Of a DNA stretch of 64,000 nt, positions 54,079 to 64,000 are shown one piece after another; the stretch's first letter is position 1; the number at the start of each line of letters is the position of its first letter. The stretch comes from Candidatus Bathyarchaeota archaeon (GTDB taxonomy: Archaea > Thermoproteota > Bathyarchaeia > Bathyarchaeales > Bathycorpusculaceae), in NCBI GenBank assembly GCA_963826715.1, contig CAWGYA010000008.1, forward strand, positions 64,001 to 128,000, read 5' to 3'. The notes under the pieces are model-generated. The model did not search any database, was not told the DNA's origin, and saw only the letters and a list, made by a program, of their open reading frames with translations. The position numbers and the translations under genes are program-made.

Positions 54079-55127
54079 AAAAGAAGCTGAGAACGAATAA
54101 GATCAGGCTTCAAAGCGCCATCGATACCTAAAGCTACGGCACGTAAATTGTAAACTTCATTTTCTCTTTGAGTCATAAAAGATAGGGGCATTCCAATATT
54201 GAACGTGTTTGTAATACTGCTGGATTTTGCATTTTTGAGCAAGGATTCTTTGAAGCCCTTCTCAGCCTTCGCAAGGGTTTCTTCTGGGGGACCTTCACTT
54301 TTGAAGTATTTAGCGTAGGGACCACGGAGGGCAACTTCATATGCCGCATCAAAACTTGTCGCAGAAACAATAGATTCAACCCCCGTTTTGGCCAAATTAA
54401 AGTAATTATGGGGCACCGCTAACCTCAACCAATTGGAATCGTAGTTGAGGTTTTTGCCTCTCAGAAGCGAGAGCAGAATATAACTGTCGTTCTCCAGGCT
54501 TGCATAAAAACGTGCATGCACCTTCTCTCTACTTGGCAGATAATTATAAAGTTCAAACAGGTGTTCATAGAAAAAAGCATCAAGAAACACATCAAGACAT
54601 GTAGTTGAACCGTTCTCGTTGTAGCTCTCCAAACCCATTGACAAAGGACACCAGTACACGGTTCTCTCAAAAACATTCAACAGCTGAATCAGCGTGGAAG
54701 CTTTTGCAGCTTCCTCAAGAATTAGGCGTTTCTTAATATGACAGCCGACAAAGGGGTAAAGCTTTGCAAGCTTCTCCTCTGGAGTGAGCTTGGCAACTGT
54801 GGCTTTCACCAGAAATTTTACATTTTCCACTTCAAACCGCAAAAGATACAGCTTTAGATATTCAGTTACAGTTTTGGGGGAATATTTGATTATCTTCGTG
54901 TATAATTCAATTAAATTCTCATTTAATGCACGTTCAAGTTTGCGTCCAGTTAGTGGAAGCGTGATTTTGCTAAACTGCTCCTGATAGCTAGCATCTCGAA
55001 GTTGAGAAACAAAATCGTTCAGGTTTCGACTATCCGCCAAAGTCTTAATTTTGGCTTCACTGAGTAGACCACTTCGCTCAGCCCCGATTTTAGCAAGAAC
55101 CGAAGCGTAACGGGTTGTCTGGGTCAA
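54075..55127 (-). CDS. atpC: A/V-type ATP synthase subunit C
   Basis: RYASVLAKIGAERSGLL, RFEVENVK and ENEVYNLRAV. Confidence 0.88.
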   Translation of the reverse strand: MTQTTRYASVLAKIGAERSGLLSEAKIKTLADSRNLNDFVSQLRDASYQEQFSKITLPLTGRKLERALNENLIELYTKIIKYSPKTVTEYLKLYLLRFEVENVKFLVKATVAKLTPEEKLAKLYPFVGCHIKKRLILEEAAKASTLIQLLNVFERTVYWCPLSMGLESYNENGSTTCLDVFLDAFFYEHLFELYNYLPSREKVHARFYASLENDSYILLSLLRGKNLNYDSNWLRLAVPHNYFNLAKTGVESIVSATSFDAAYEVALRGPYAKYFKSEGPPEETLAKAEKGFKESLLKNAKSSSITNTFNIGMPLSFMTQRENEVYNLRAVALGIDGALKPDLIRSQLLF

Positions 55128-55480
55128 GTGGGGGTTTCCTCTAAAACTGCAGTAACAACCATTGAAACAGCTTTGTCCATGCGTTTTTCAGCTTGGCTTC
55201 TCAGGTTTGCAGCGTCTTGTTCGTTAGCTTTTAGCATCTCTTCACGGCACTGGTTGGCTTCATCCACTGCTTTGTTGTAGATTTGTGCGGATTCTTCTTT
55301 GCCGTAGATTTCGCTATTGACCATCAGCTTGTCAGATTCCTGCTTAGCTAAGAGGGTGATGTTTTTGGCTTTCTGCTGCGCATCAACTTGGATTTGTTCG
55401 GCTTCGGCTTCAATTTTTTTAAGTTCATCCCACACTTTCTGCATTCTTTCCACGACACACTCTATCTTAAGGGCTCTCAT
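55124..55480 (-). CDS. atpH: A/V-type ATP synthase subunit H/G (peripheral stalk)
   Basis: LKKIEAEAEQI...A coiled coil of about 105-118 aa; 4-nt overlap with subunit C. Confidence 0.78.
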   Translation of the reverse strand: MRALKIECVVERMQKVWDELKKIEAEAEQIQVDAQQKAKNITLLAKQESDKLMVNSEIYGKEESAQIYNKAVDEANQCREEMLKANEQDAANLRSQAEKRMDKAVSMVVTAVLEETPT

Positions 55481-55552
55481 AAGATTTTTGCGGTTTCATA
55501 TAACAATTTACAGATTAACTATACTTTTGATTCAGGAATAATCCAAGGCGAG

Positions 55553-56287
55553 CTATCCGATGACGAAAAGCAGCAGCACACCAACTATAAAACCTACGGA
55601 AAGCGCAAAATCCTCCGCATGCCCTGTAGATTCGCGGTATGCTCTTGATATAAGTTCACCCGAAATAAAGACAACCAGTGTGCCTGCGGCAAAACCTAAT
55701 ACGCCTGCTAAGACATCTTGAATGACGTTTTTTGCCAGAAAATAACCAACAGGAGCAGCGATGGCGACTATCACAAAATCGAATAGCCAATCGCGCATTA
55801 TTAACCAATTTTTTATGCCCTGTTTCTTCATTATTTTAGCGCCTTCCAGAGTTGTAGCCAAGTTGCCCAAGAAAATAACGGCTTCAGCCACGAATAATCC
55901 CGGTTCTTGCAATGCGATTATGATACCTATGAAAAGGGATTCGGGAACACTATCTAGGATTGTGCCTACAACAGCGAGTTTCCCCTCAGAGTGTTTTTTT
56001 CGTTTCTGACCTTTCTCGGAGTTATCATGTTTGAAAAAATGCTGAGCTATCCCAAATGTTATTGCGCCTAAACTGAAGCCTACAAGTAAATCCAAAAAAC
56101 CTCCCAGTCTCAGTGTCTCTTGCACGAGAAGCATCACTGCAGAAAAAAAAATACCAGCGCCAAAAGCTGCAAAAAGAGCCCTCCGCGCGGTGGAATAATT
56201 AAACACTATAGCAATTAACGCGCCTATAGGAAATGCGGAGGCAACAAAAATACCTGAAAGAACTGTTTCAAGCACTATGTAACTCAC
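55553..56287 (-). CDS. ZIP (ZupT/GufA-like) metal transporter
   Basis: AFGAG, LDSVPESLFIG and GFAAGTL; about 8 TM. Confidence 0.75.
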   Translation of the reverse strand: MSYIVLETVLSGIFVASAFPIGALIAIVFNYSTARRALFAAFGAGIFFSAVMLLVQETLRLGGFLDLLVGFSLGAITFGIAQHFFKHDNSEKGQKRKKHSEGKLAVVGTILDSVPESLFIGIIIALQEPGLFVAEAVIFLGNLATTLEGAKIMKKQGIKNWLIMRDWLFDFVIVAIAAPVGYFLAKNVIQDVLAGVLGFAAGTLVVFISGELISRAYRESTGHAEDFALSVGFIVGVLLLFVIG

Positions 56288-56488
56288 AAAATGCCTCCAT
56301 CGGGTTTTTCCCTGAAATTACAATTAAGAAATGCGTTAACGCGCTTTTTAAGTTTTAATAAAAAATCCTGTGCTACCAAATATCAATCAGTAATACCGCT
56401 ACTAAATTTATCAAGCCAAATAGGTATTAACACCCAACCAGAATGTGCTAAATATTCCCAAAGATAAAAAGCGCCAACGCCCAAACGA

Positions 56489-57385
56489 TTAAACGCTTCT
56501 GAGAAGCTCGCCCAGTTTCGTTAACTCGCCAAACATGACGCAGTGTCCTTTGCTGGGAAAAACCTCTAAGAAACTACCATCAACACAATTGTGAAGTGCA
56601 TAGGCATTCTCTACTCTACATGTTTTATCCTCACAACCATGCCAAATGGTTAATTTACCGGCGGGAATTCCCTTAAAAGAAAATGGCCATGGCTTCATGA
56701 AAATCTGGTGTTCTTCAACTACCGTTTTTAAGCTCATATCTCCCTGGCGAAAGCCTTCAGCCATAGCTCTATAAATCCATGACATCCATGACGGATCAGA
56801 AAAAAATTGTATATCATCTTTGGAGCATCCGCGAAGCATTTGTTTTCCCTGCTTTGAATTCAAAAAAGCAGAGATATCCCCGTTGGCTCTCAACACTTGA
56901 CGCCGCATCTGCTTCATCGCCAACACCCCGAGAAAAGGAAGTTTCATGACATAACGGGCAAAAGGTAGGTTATGGGCGGTTGAGACATCAAAAGGCAAAG
57001 ACGGAGCACCTACAATAACAGCCCGGGTTACACGCTCAGAAAAAAAAGCCAAGTACGCAAGAGCAAAAACTCCACCCCCAGACCAAGCCAGAACGCTGAA
57101 GCGTTCAAAACCTAACCGATTCATTAGAAAGTTTATGTCACTATTTAAGTCACGAAGGTTTTTCCTTGACATAAAACTCGATAAGCCATAGCCAGGTCGA
57201 TCGATACCGATTATCTGCAGATTCGTAGATTGGGCAAATTCGTTTAATAGTAAAACTTCCAAGCGGCTGCTGGCGGTACCGTGAAAATAAACAACAGGCT
57301 TTCCGTTACCAACTGTTGAGTACCCAAGACGTCTCCCATCCGGTAAAACAATTACTTGACTATTCAACAGCACCACATCTATCAA
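56489..57385 (-). CDS. Alpha/beta hydrolase
   Basis: LPDGRRLGY, FHGT, DRPGYG, AWSGGG nucleophile elbow, WHGCED and GH. Confidence 0.88.
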   Translation of the reverse strand: MIDVVLLNSQVIVLPDGRRLGYSTVGNGKPVVYFHGTASSRLEVLLLNEFAQSTNLQIIGIDRPGYGLSSFMSRKNLRDLNSDINFLMNRLGFERFSVLAWSGGGVFALAYLAFFSERVTRAVIVGAPSLPFDVSTAHNLPFARYVMKLPFLGVLAMKQMRRQVLRANGDISAFLNSKQGKQMLRGCSKDDIQFFSDPSWMSWIYRAMAEGFRQGDMSLKTVVEEHQIFMKPWPFSFKGIPAGKLTIWHGCEDKTCRVENAYALHNCVDGSFLEVFPSKGHCVMFGELTKLGELLRSV

Positions 57386-58203
57386 AATACTCAGACTTTG
57401 TTTATCAACTTTGTTTGAATTTGAATGCTAATCTACCGCAGGGATTCGATTTAGCAGGCATATAAGAAGTTTTTGAGTGAGCAAAAAATTATGATTCTTC
57501 CGTATTGGAGGGAAATGGTTTGGTTTGAGCAGTTTACTCCAGGAACTACTTCTTTAAGGCAGTAATGGGCTTGTAGGAGGAGACTTCATTTCGAGTTTGT
57601 TTTTTCTGTTATTAGATGATACGAAACCAGCGTGTGCTTGAAAAACTCAATATACTCCACTACCACAACCTAACCAAACCATGCACGAAGTGAACAAAAA
57701 ATCAAGCTCCCCACAACCAAAACACAATCAAAAAACAAACCAAAACAAAAAACCAACCCAAACCACAACCCAAGAAGTGAAAAAACAAAAAACCCCACAA
57801 CTACGCAAAAAGAAAACTAAGCAATTGATACCCAACTAACCTAAAGAAGGCAAACCTACAAAACCAAAATCGATTAAAAGTTAAACACTCTACAGCCGAC
57901 CATGACCACCATTTTATTTTATTTAAGAACCGGCCATCACCGCTGGAAGTCTATAAAAAATGGAAAAGCGTCGAAAAAACCTAAATTTTCTCTTCAGTAA
58001 GCAAAACAATCGTGCAGAATTCAATCAGAGTTTACCGACACACAAAACGTATCGGTCAGAGATTTAGCGTTTGACGCATTGCCCAGCAGCGGGATCAAAG
58101 TGGTTTTTGTCACCGTAATCACAGAATTTACAGTCATTGCGTATTTCTTGCCCAAAGGGGCAGCCTTTCAAATCAGCCAATCAATTCACCATACGAGTTT
58201 TTG

Positions 58204-58279
58204 TGGTAGCCCAGAAGAGATTCGAACTCTTGTCAAGGGCTCCAGAGGCCCCTATGCTTGACCACTACACCACTGGGCT
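58204..58279 (-). tRNA. tRNA-Gln(CTG), intronless, CCA encoded
   Basis: AGCCCAG acceptor stem with A1-U72, anticodon arm GGGGC-CTCTGGA-GCCCT, T-loop GTTCGAATC, ending CTGGGCT-A-CCA. Confidence 0.96.
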
Positions 58280-58306
58280 GCAAACACAGACAAACAACAA
58301 TCGCAA

Positions 58307-58314
58307 TTTATTAA
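58307..58314 (-). promoter_or_regulatory. Probable TATA box of the tRNA-Gln gene
   Basis: TTAATAAA on the minus strand about 30 nt upstream of the mature tRNA 5' end. Confidence 0.45.
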
Positions 58315-58519
58315 CTTTAATGCTGCCCCGACCATTTTGAGTTAATTCAAGACTTTAAACGTGTAGAATTAATTTTCGATGTGGACTGCAGCTTTGCTTA
58401 GCCTGAAAGGAAGAATATTTTTCGGTTTAACTGTAAAAAAGGCAGAATTTAATGAATTGTTGGAATTGCCCAAAATTGGCGGTAAACCGAATGAAAATGT
58501 ATCTACAAATTGTTTTAGA

Positions 58520-58568
58520 TAAAATAAAAAAGAATAGGGGAAATTTATTTTGTTTTGTTTTGGCTTTT
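58520..58568 (-). terminator. T-rich archaeal terminator region, conserved after both PQQ-propeller genes (second copy about 61283-61323)
   Basis: Minus-strand AAGCCAAAACAAAAC...AAATTTCC...TTCTTTTTTATTTT occurs after both stop codons. Confidence 0.6.
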
Positions 58569-61139
58569 TTAGTGTTTACGCAGCATTAAGAGTATGATCA
58601 CAAGACCAACTACAATAATGGCTACGAAAAGACCTGCGATTGCTGGTACAAAGTATTGATCTGCAACTGAGTCAACTGGAGCAACAGGAGTAGCTGTTGG
58701 TGCTGGTGCGATTGCTGTGAAAGTTGATTGTGCGGAAGCTCCGAAGTAGCCTTGTGTACCCGCGAATTTCGCGACGACAGTGTAGTCGCCTTCGATATCG
58801 GGCATCCATGTTAGAGAGAACATACCGCTTGCATCGGTTGTAGTTTCGCCGATTTGTCTAAAGTTGCCATTTGCATCAGTTACGTAGACTGTGACTGGAA
58901 CTCCGGTTAAGTTTGTTGGCATGACCTGATCTTCGTAGACTGCCGCCATAAACTGGCCCATGCTTTCGTCTGAAACTACTGGGACACCGTTTGGATATCG
59001 TGCTGCTTGCTCGCTCTGTGTTGTTCCGGCTGAAATGTCCATGACTGTTCCTCGTATAACAAATGGTGTTCCGACTGTTGTTGCTGTGTTTGGTGCATCA
59101 ACGGTTAATTGGCTGGGTCCTCTGCCTATTGAGTATACTTGGCTGTCATAACAATTGTAGAATGCTGCGTATCCATCAGCATTTGGGAAAGATTGCATTG
59201 AGTTGCCTAGTCCGCATGCAGACCAGTCTAGTAGTGTCCAAATTTCTTCGCCAGTGGTAGCGTTAATTGCGCGTGTCATTGCTCCGTTGTAAAGTGGGTT
59301 TGTTGGTGAGTGTTCACCTGTGAAGGTGTAGAGTACACCAGAAGCGAAAGCAGTGATGTGGGTTGGATAATAACCCCAAGGGCCGTTGTTTTCCATGTTT
59401 GTAGAGTTTCCTGCTCCACCGTTACCGTACGTCCAGAGTAGGCTCCCGTCCGTCATTGAATAGCAAAAGACTAATCCACCAAGACCGCCTACGTAGAGGT
59501 TTCCGTTATACGTTACACCTGCTCTAGAGCTGTAGTATTGGAATCCAGGTTGGTCACCAAGTGGACCCCAAAGCTTTTCTCCAGTGGTAAGGCTGTAGCC
59601 TAAACGTTGACCGGTTTCTGCGATTGTCATGGCGAATGTGAGGGAGGTTGCATCTATGGGTTGTGTGCAAAACATTTGTGTTTGGTTGTTTGCTGGTGCA
59701 GGGTAGTGTTTAATCCAAGAAAGATGACCTTCTGAAGCTGGATCGTCACTTAATGCCCAGATTGTCCAGGGATCAGCGTTGGGTCTTGGTGTTGATGTAG
59801 TTGCAAGGCTGCTGCTTGCGCCCAAGATTTGCTTACCTGGAACAACACCGATGATTGTTGGGTTTGTGTCGCCTGTTAAGTCTGCATTAATTGTTACGTT
59901 CCAGCTGATTGCAGTGTTTGAGGCACCGTCGAAAGAGCGGTTAGGGCCTGACCACGTGTCTGAGTTGCTGCTGATTAACCTTGTTAAGTTCCACAGTGCT
60001 AACGAGCCAGTCATTGACGTAGTATTGTAGCTAAATAGGTATCTGCCGATTGTGCCGTCGTTGAAGTATACTTGTGTGCCTGAAGGAACACTGGTTACGT
60101 TGAATATGGGTTTCCCGTCAAATGCATTATAGCCGTACCATGTTGAACCGGAAGTTTGCCATAATTGAGCTCCGCCGGGTCCATAGCCGTTAGGGGATTG
60201 GAAGTTAATGATTGATGCGAAGGTTGGGTTAATGTCGGGGTTAGTCCAGATTGTTTCGCCTGTCAGCATATCTACTGCAACGTAGTCACCGCCGCGACCA
60301 GAATAACCTAATGGTTCTTGGAAGTAGAGGATTCCGTTGACAATTATTGGGCTTGTGAATCGAATGTTATATGCCATTCCTGAGTAGTATGCGCCAGCGG
60401 TATCAAGGTCTTGCTGAGGTTGTGATACTGTTCCTCCGAGTGCTCCGCCGAATTCAATTGGTTTTGTCCACATGATGTGGGGAGTCATAACTGGAGCGCC
60501 GTTGTATTGTATGTAGCTTTGTGGTAGTGACATCAAGCCTGAAGATTGTGCGTTTCCACCTAGCCAGTTTGATCCGATAGTAAAAGCATTATTGATGTTT
60601 TGGTTTTGGTTGATTGGTCGAGACCAGTATTCTTCAGGTAATGGATTTTGAGGTAATGAAGAAATTGGTTCTTCTTGCACTGTCCAAAGGTATGTTGCAT
60701 TGGCAGGGGTATAATAGTCACCATTGTATGCACCGCCGAAGTCGTGTGTTTGGCCTGGGAAGAGGAATGTAATGTTGTATACTCCTACCTGTGTGGGCGT
60801 AAAAGAGAAAGCTTGTGCAGAGGTTGTGTCTTGAACAATGGGGTAATTGAATGTTTGAGATGTCCCGTCGGGTGCTGTAACGATGAATTGGTAGTTTTCA
60901 AACCTGATGTCGTTGGTGATTAAAGCTCCGGCGATTACGTAGTTGAGAAAGCCGAAAATTTCACCTGCTTGGTTGACACCTATTGGGGAGGGTGTAGCAA
61001 AGGCGTAAGCTTTTGGCGTTATAATATATGGTGGTGTGTGTGCGTCAGTTGGTTGTATGGTTAATAGAGTTGTACTCATCGAGATTGTTAGTATTAAAAC
61101 AATTAAAATAGCCATAGTTTTATTTTTTCGTGTTTGCAT
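58569..61139 (-). CDS. PQQ-binding-like beta-propeller surface protein with C-terminal TM anchor (Bathyarchaeia-type family)
   Basis: Signal peptide; PLPEEYWSRPI, HIMWTKPI, repeated xTGExxW propeller motifs, EHSP and PNGVPVVSDESM; TM followed by RKH. Confidence 0.85.
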   Translation of the reverse strand: MQTRKNKTMAILIVLILTISMSTTLLTIQPTDAHTPPYIITPKAYAFATPSPIGVNQAGEIFGFLNYVIAGALITNDIRFENYQFIVTAPDGTSQTFNYPIVQDTTSAQAFSFTPTQVGVYNITFLFPGQTHDFGGAYNGDYYTPANATYLWTVQEEPISSLPQNPLPEEYWSRPINQNQNINNAFTIGSNWLGGNAQSSGLMSLPQSYIQYNGAPVMTPHIMWTKPIEFGGALGGTVSQPQQDLDTAGAYYSGMAYNIRFTSPIIVNGILYFQEPLGYSGRGGDYVAVDMLTGETIWTNPDINPTFASIINFQSPNGYGPGGAQLWQTSGSTWYGYNAFDGKPIFNVTSVPSGTQVYFNDGTIGRYLFSYNTTSMTGSLALWNLTRLISSNSDTWSGPNRSFDGASNTAISWNVTINADLTGDTNPTIIGVVPGKQILGASSSLATTSTPRPNADPWTIWALSDDPASEGHLSWIKHYPAPANNQTQMFCTQPIDATSLTFAMTIAETGQRLGYSLTTGEKLWGPLGDQPGFQYYSSRAGVTYNGNLYVGGLGGLVFCYSMTDGSLLWTYGNGGAGNSTNMENNGPWGYYPTHITAFASGVLYTFTGEHSPTNPLYNGAMTRAINATTGEEIWTLLDWSACGLGNSMQSFPNADGYAAFYNCYDSQVYSIGRGPSQLTVDAPNTATTVGTPFVIRGTVMDISAGTTQSEQAARYPNGVPVVSDESMGQFMAAVYEDQVMPTNLTGVPVTVYVTDANGNFRQIGETTTDASGMFSLTWMPDIEGDYTVVAKFAGTQGYFGASAQSTFTAIAPAPTATPVAPVDSVADQYFVPAIAGLFVAIIVVGLVIILLMLRKH

Positions 61140-61323
61140 TTTTCTTATTTCCTAAATATTTACGGGTAAAAGCAATACTGATGTATTAACTTCTACCTAA
61201 AGCGATTGCATAACAATGATCGCTTATAAAACATTGTCAAATGAACCACTTATGACAAACCCAAAACATCAATTGAAATTATAAAATAAAAAAGAAGAGA
61301 GGAAATTTGTTTTGTTTTGGCTT

Positions 61324-64000
61324 TTAATGTTTGCGTAGTACCAAGAACATGGTCAATAGACCAAGAACTATGATGGCTACGAAGAGACCTGCGATTGCTG
61401 GCACAAAGTATTGGTCTGCAACTGAATCAACTGGAGCAACAGGAGTCGAAGTTGGTGCAACATCATCAACGCTAAAAGCGGTTACAGCATGGGAAGGCCA
61501 ATAAGATTCAGAGCCTGCGAACGAAGCATAGACTGTGTATTTGCCAGAGATGTCAGGTTGCCAGTTGAAGCTAAAGAAGCCATCAGCATCGCTGGTAGTT
61601 GTGCCGATTGCGCGGTAGTTACCGTTACCGTCAACCACGCTAAGTTCGATAGGGACACCGGTGGTGTTGGTAGGTCTGCCTTTTTGCATGTAAACGTATT
61701 CCATCCATTGCGACTGCGAGTCGTCAGAGACTAGCGGGAACGCCATTGGGGAATCGTGCTGCTTGTTGAGCTTGGTTTGTGCCTGCGGAGATGTCTGTAA
61801 CTGTGCCTTTGATGGTGATAGATGAGCCAAGATCTGCGGAAACGTCTGGTGCTGTGACTGTCATGGCGCTTGGACCCTTGCCAAGAGCATAGATTGAACC
61901 GTCATAGTTGTTCCAGTAGATAAGCACGCCGTCAGCGGTTGCAAAGCTCTCAGGATAAGCCCATCCAGTCATTGTCCATAGGACATCGCCTGTGGTTGCG
62001 TTGAGACAGCGAACGCGTTCGCCTTTGTAGAGCGGGGTGTCAGCAGAGTGTTCGTGCGTTCCAATGTAGAGTTTACCATCGCAGATAAGACCTTCCATGA
62101 GAACGTAGTTTTGGATCTTCTCGCCGCCAGAGGGTGCAGTGTAGCGCCATTGAAGCTCGCCGGTTGTCAGGTTGTAGGCTGAGATCATGCCAGTGTAGCC
62201 GCCAGTGTAGAGCATACCATATGCGAGCTTTGTCTGAGTAACAGAGATCAAGCTTGGCCAAGTAAAGTATCCGTATGGATTAATGTCTGATTGAGCATCA
62301 GTGGAGAATAATTCATTGCCAGTGTTAATATCGTAGACGTGGAATTTCTGGATTGGCACCTCGAGTGCAACAAAAACGCCCTCATCAATTGAGGCGTGTT
62401 CATAGATGTAGTTAGTGTTTTCGTTAGCATTGTCGATATCTAAGTTCTTCATGTAGATCAATTGACCTAAGCTTTCAGGTTTAAGACTGATTGCCCAGAT
62501 AGTAGTTTCGTCAGGGAAAGCATATGAAGGACTACCAGAGCCCATAGGCCACGAACCGTTGCTACCCCAAAGCATATCACCTACTTTTGCTGCGCGGATG
62601 GTTGGTGTTGAACTGAACTGTATCGGAGAGCTAATGTTCCAGTCATAACGTGATGCTAAACCAGCATCGATTGTCGTTCGGCTAGGGTCTGATCCCGCGG
62701 AGATCATAGGTAGGACTTTGGAGGCGTTCCATTCTGCTAAGTAATAGCTGGGGTTTGAACTTGTGCCTTTGTTAGAGAAGATGAGACGTAAGTTTTCGCC
62801 AGTAGAATCAGTTATTTCGAATGCGCCAGTGGAAGGAACGTTAGTGACAGTGAACGGTGCAGGTATGCCGTTTGAGGGCGTTAGAGCTTTGTTGTAGTTG
62901 GGTGTGAATATCCAACCAGGAGTCTGAATGCCGTGTTCATTGGGGTCGTCTTGACTGTAGTAGTAACCAAACCAGTAGTTAGAAGGTGTACTCATAATTG
63001 AGTAGGACCACTGCTGGAATGTCGTTCCAACGGAAGCTGTTGTGTTTGTTTCGTAGATAAGTTCCCCGGTTTTTAAGTCAACGCAATCTAAGAAATCACT
63101 TGAACCGGCGTAGTATTGGTTAGGCGAGTAGTAGATTCTACCGTACATGATGATCTGGTTCATGAAGCGTGGTTGATATTGTGAGCCTGCATTGAAGGTG
63201 TTACCACCGCCGCGACCGTCTAGGGTGCCGCCGAGAACGCCGTTGTCTTCTGTGGGTCTTGTCCAAAGAATGTGTGGGCTGTTTGGTGCGGTGCCGTCAG
63301 CTTGGTATCTGTTTTCGATGCCCCCGTTATCACGATCATGAACGCTGGCGAGCCAATTAGATGAAACCTGGTACCAGTTTGTGTTCTGTCCGTCGATTGG
63401 ACGAGTCCAGTATTCTGTTGGCATAGCCTGAATATCAGGAAGACCGATGAGTCCTACTGGTTCATCTTGGACAGTGACCATCATTGTGTAGGAGCTAGAT
63501 TTGAATGTTGTACCGTAGTAATCATTGCTTCCGCCGGTTGTCGAGTTCCATCTGTAATAGAAATCAAGAACTGTTACGGTTAAGGTGTAGTTGCCAGTTT
63601 GGTCAGGAGAGTATCCAGTATAGGCTGAACCTGTTGAGTCAGAAACGAAAACGCCATTGATTGCTCCACCAGTTGAAACACTACCAGTGTTCTGACCAGA
63701 TGGAGGAAGAGTTTCTTCTGAACCGTCAGGTTTTGTTATGTTGAGTTTAAATTGGTAGCGAATATCGTTGCCTAGTAATGCGCTTGGCGGTACCTGTGGA
63801 TTAAACATAACAACGTTGAATTGTTGTCCAACACCAACAGGGTTAGGTGCAACCATCATGTAGACATGGGTAGGAATTGAATCTTGGAACCGGTTCCAGA
63901 GTAAAAGCCTGGTGGCAGATGCATTAACAGACATTCCGCTCCAGTGCATTCCTGCATTGATTGCAGAGGCTGTATCAACGTTGTAGTTGACTCCGTTGAT
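61324..64000 (-). CDS. Second PQQ-like beta-propeller surface protein, 5'-truncated by the window edge, with a frameshift near 61735
   Basis: Frame open to 64000; PTEYWTRPI, HILWTRP and EHSADTP; FPNGVPA/VSDDSQ junction between ORFs 61724..63949 and 61324..61830. Confidence 0.85.

Noticed and set aside
57385-58204. Integrated element at tRNA-Gln
   Set aside because: No integrase and no duplicate of the tRNA 3' end seen in the window

Overview
Archaeal genomic window, most likely Bathyarchaeia. That assignment is inferred from the TACK-type A-ATPase gene order, an archaeal tRNA-Gln with A1-U72, and paralogous membrane-anchored PQQ-like beta-propeller genes. Positions 1-46 kb are a very large cell-surface glycan locus. 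It holds about ten GT2/GT4 glycosyltransferases, a Wzx-type flippase, several GT-C-like polytopic proteins, a GDP-perosamine-type pathway (gmd plus DegT aminotransferase), CapK/WcaK/FrhB-like modifiers, three GNAT-like proteins, DUF1616-like proteins and an Aur1-like phosphotransferase. Embedded in it are a ~1750-aa secreted FG-GAP/LamG/lectin-propeller protein, a decayed copy of that protein's lectin-like domain, and two paralogous secreted clan GH-A hydrolases. Positions 46-55.5 kb are a complete A/V-type ATP synthase cluster in which atpI is inverted and a USP gene plus an unannotated 51-aa ORF lie between D and K. The rest is a ZIP transporter, an alpha/beta hydrolase, tRNA-Gln(CTG) and two tandem PQQ-propeller surface proteins. 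About ten single-base frameshifts suggest imperfect long-read consensus and/or real gene decay. No integrase, transposase or CRISPR array was seen. All family calls come from motif recognition by eye, not database searches.
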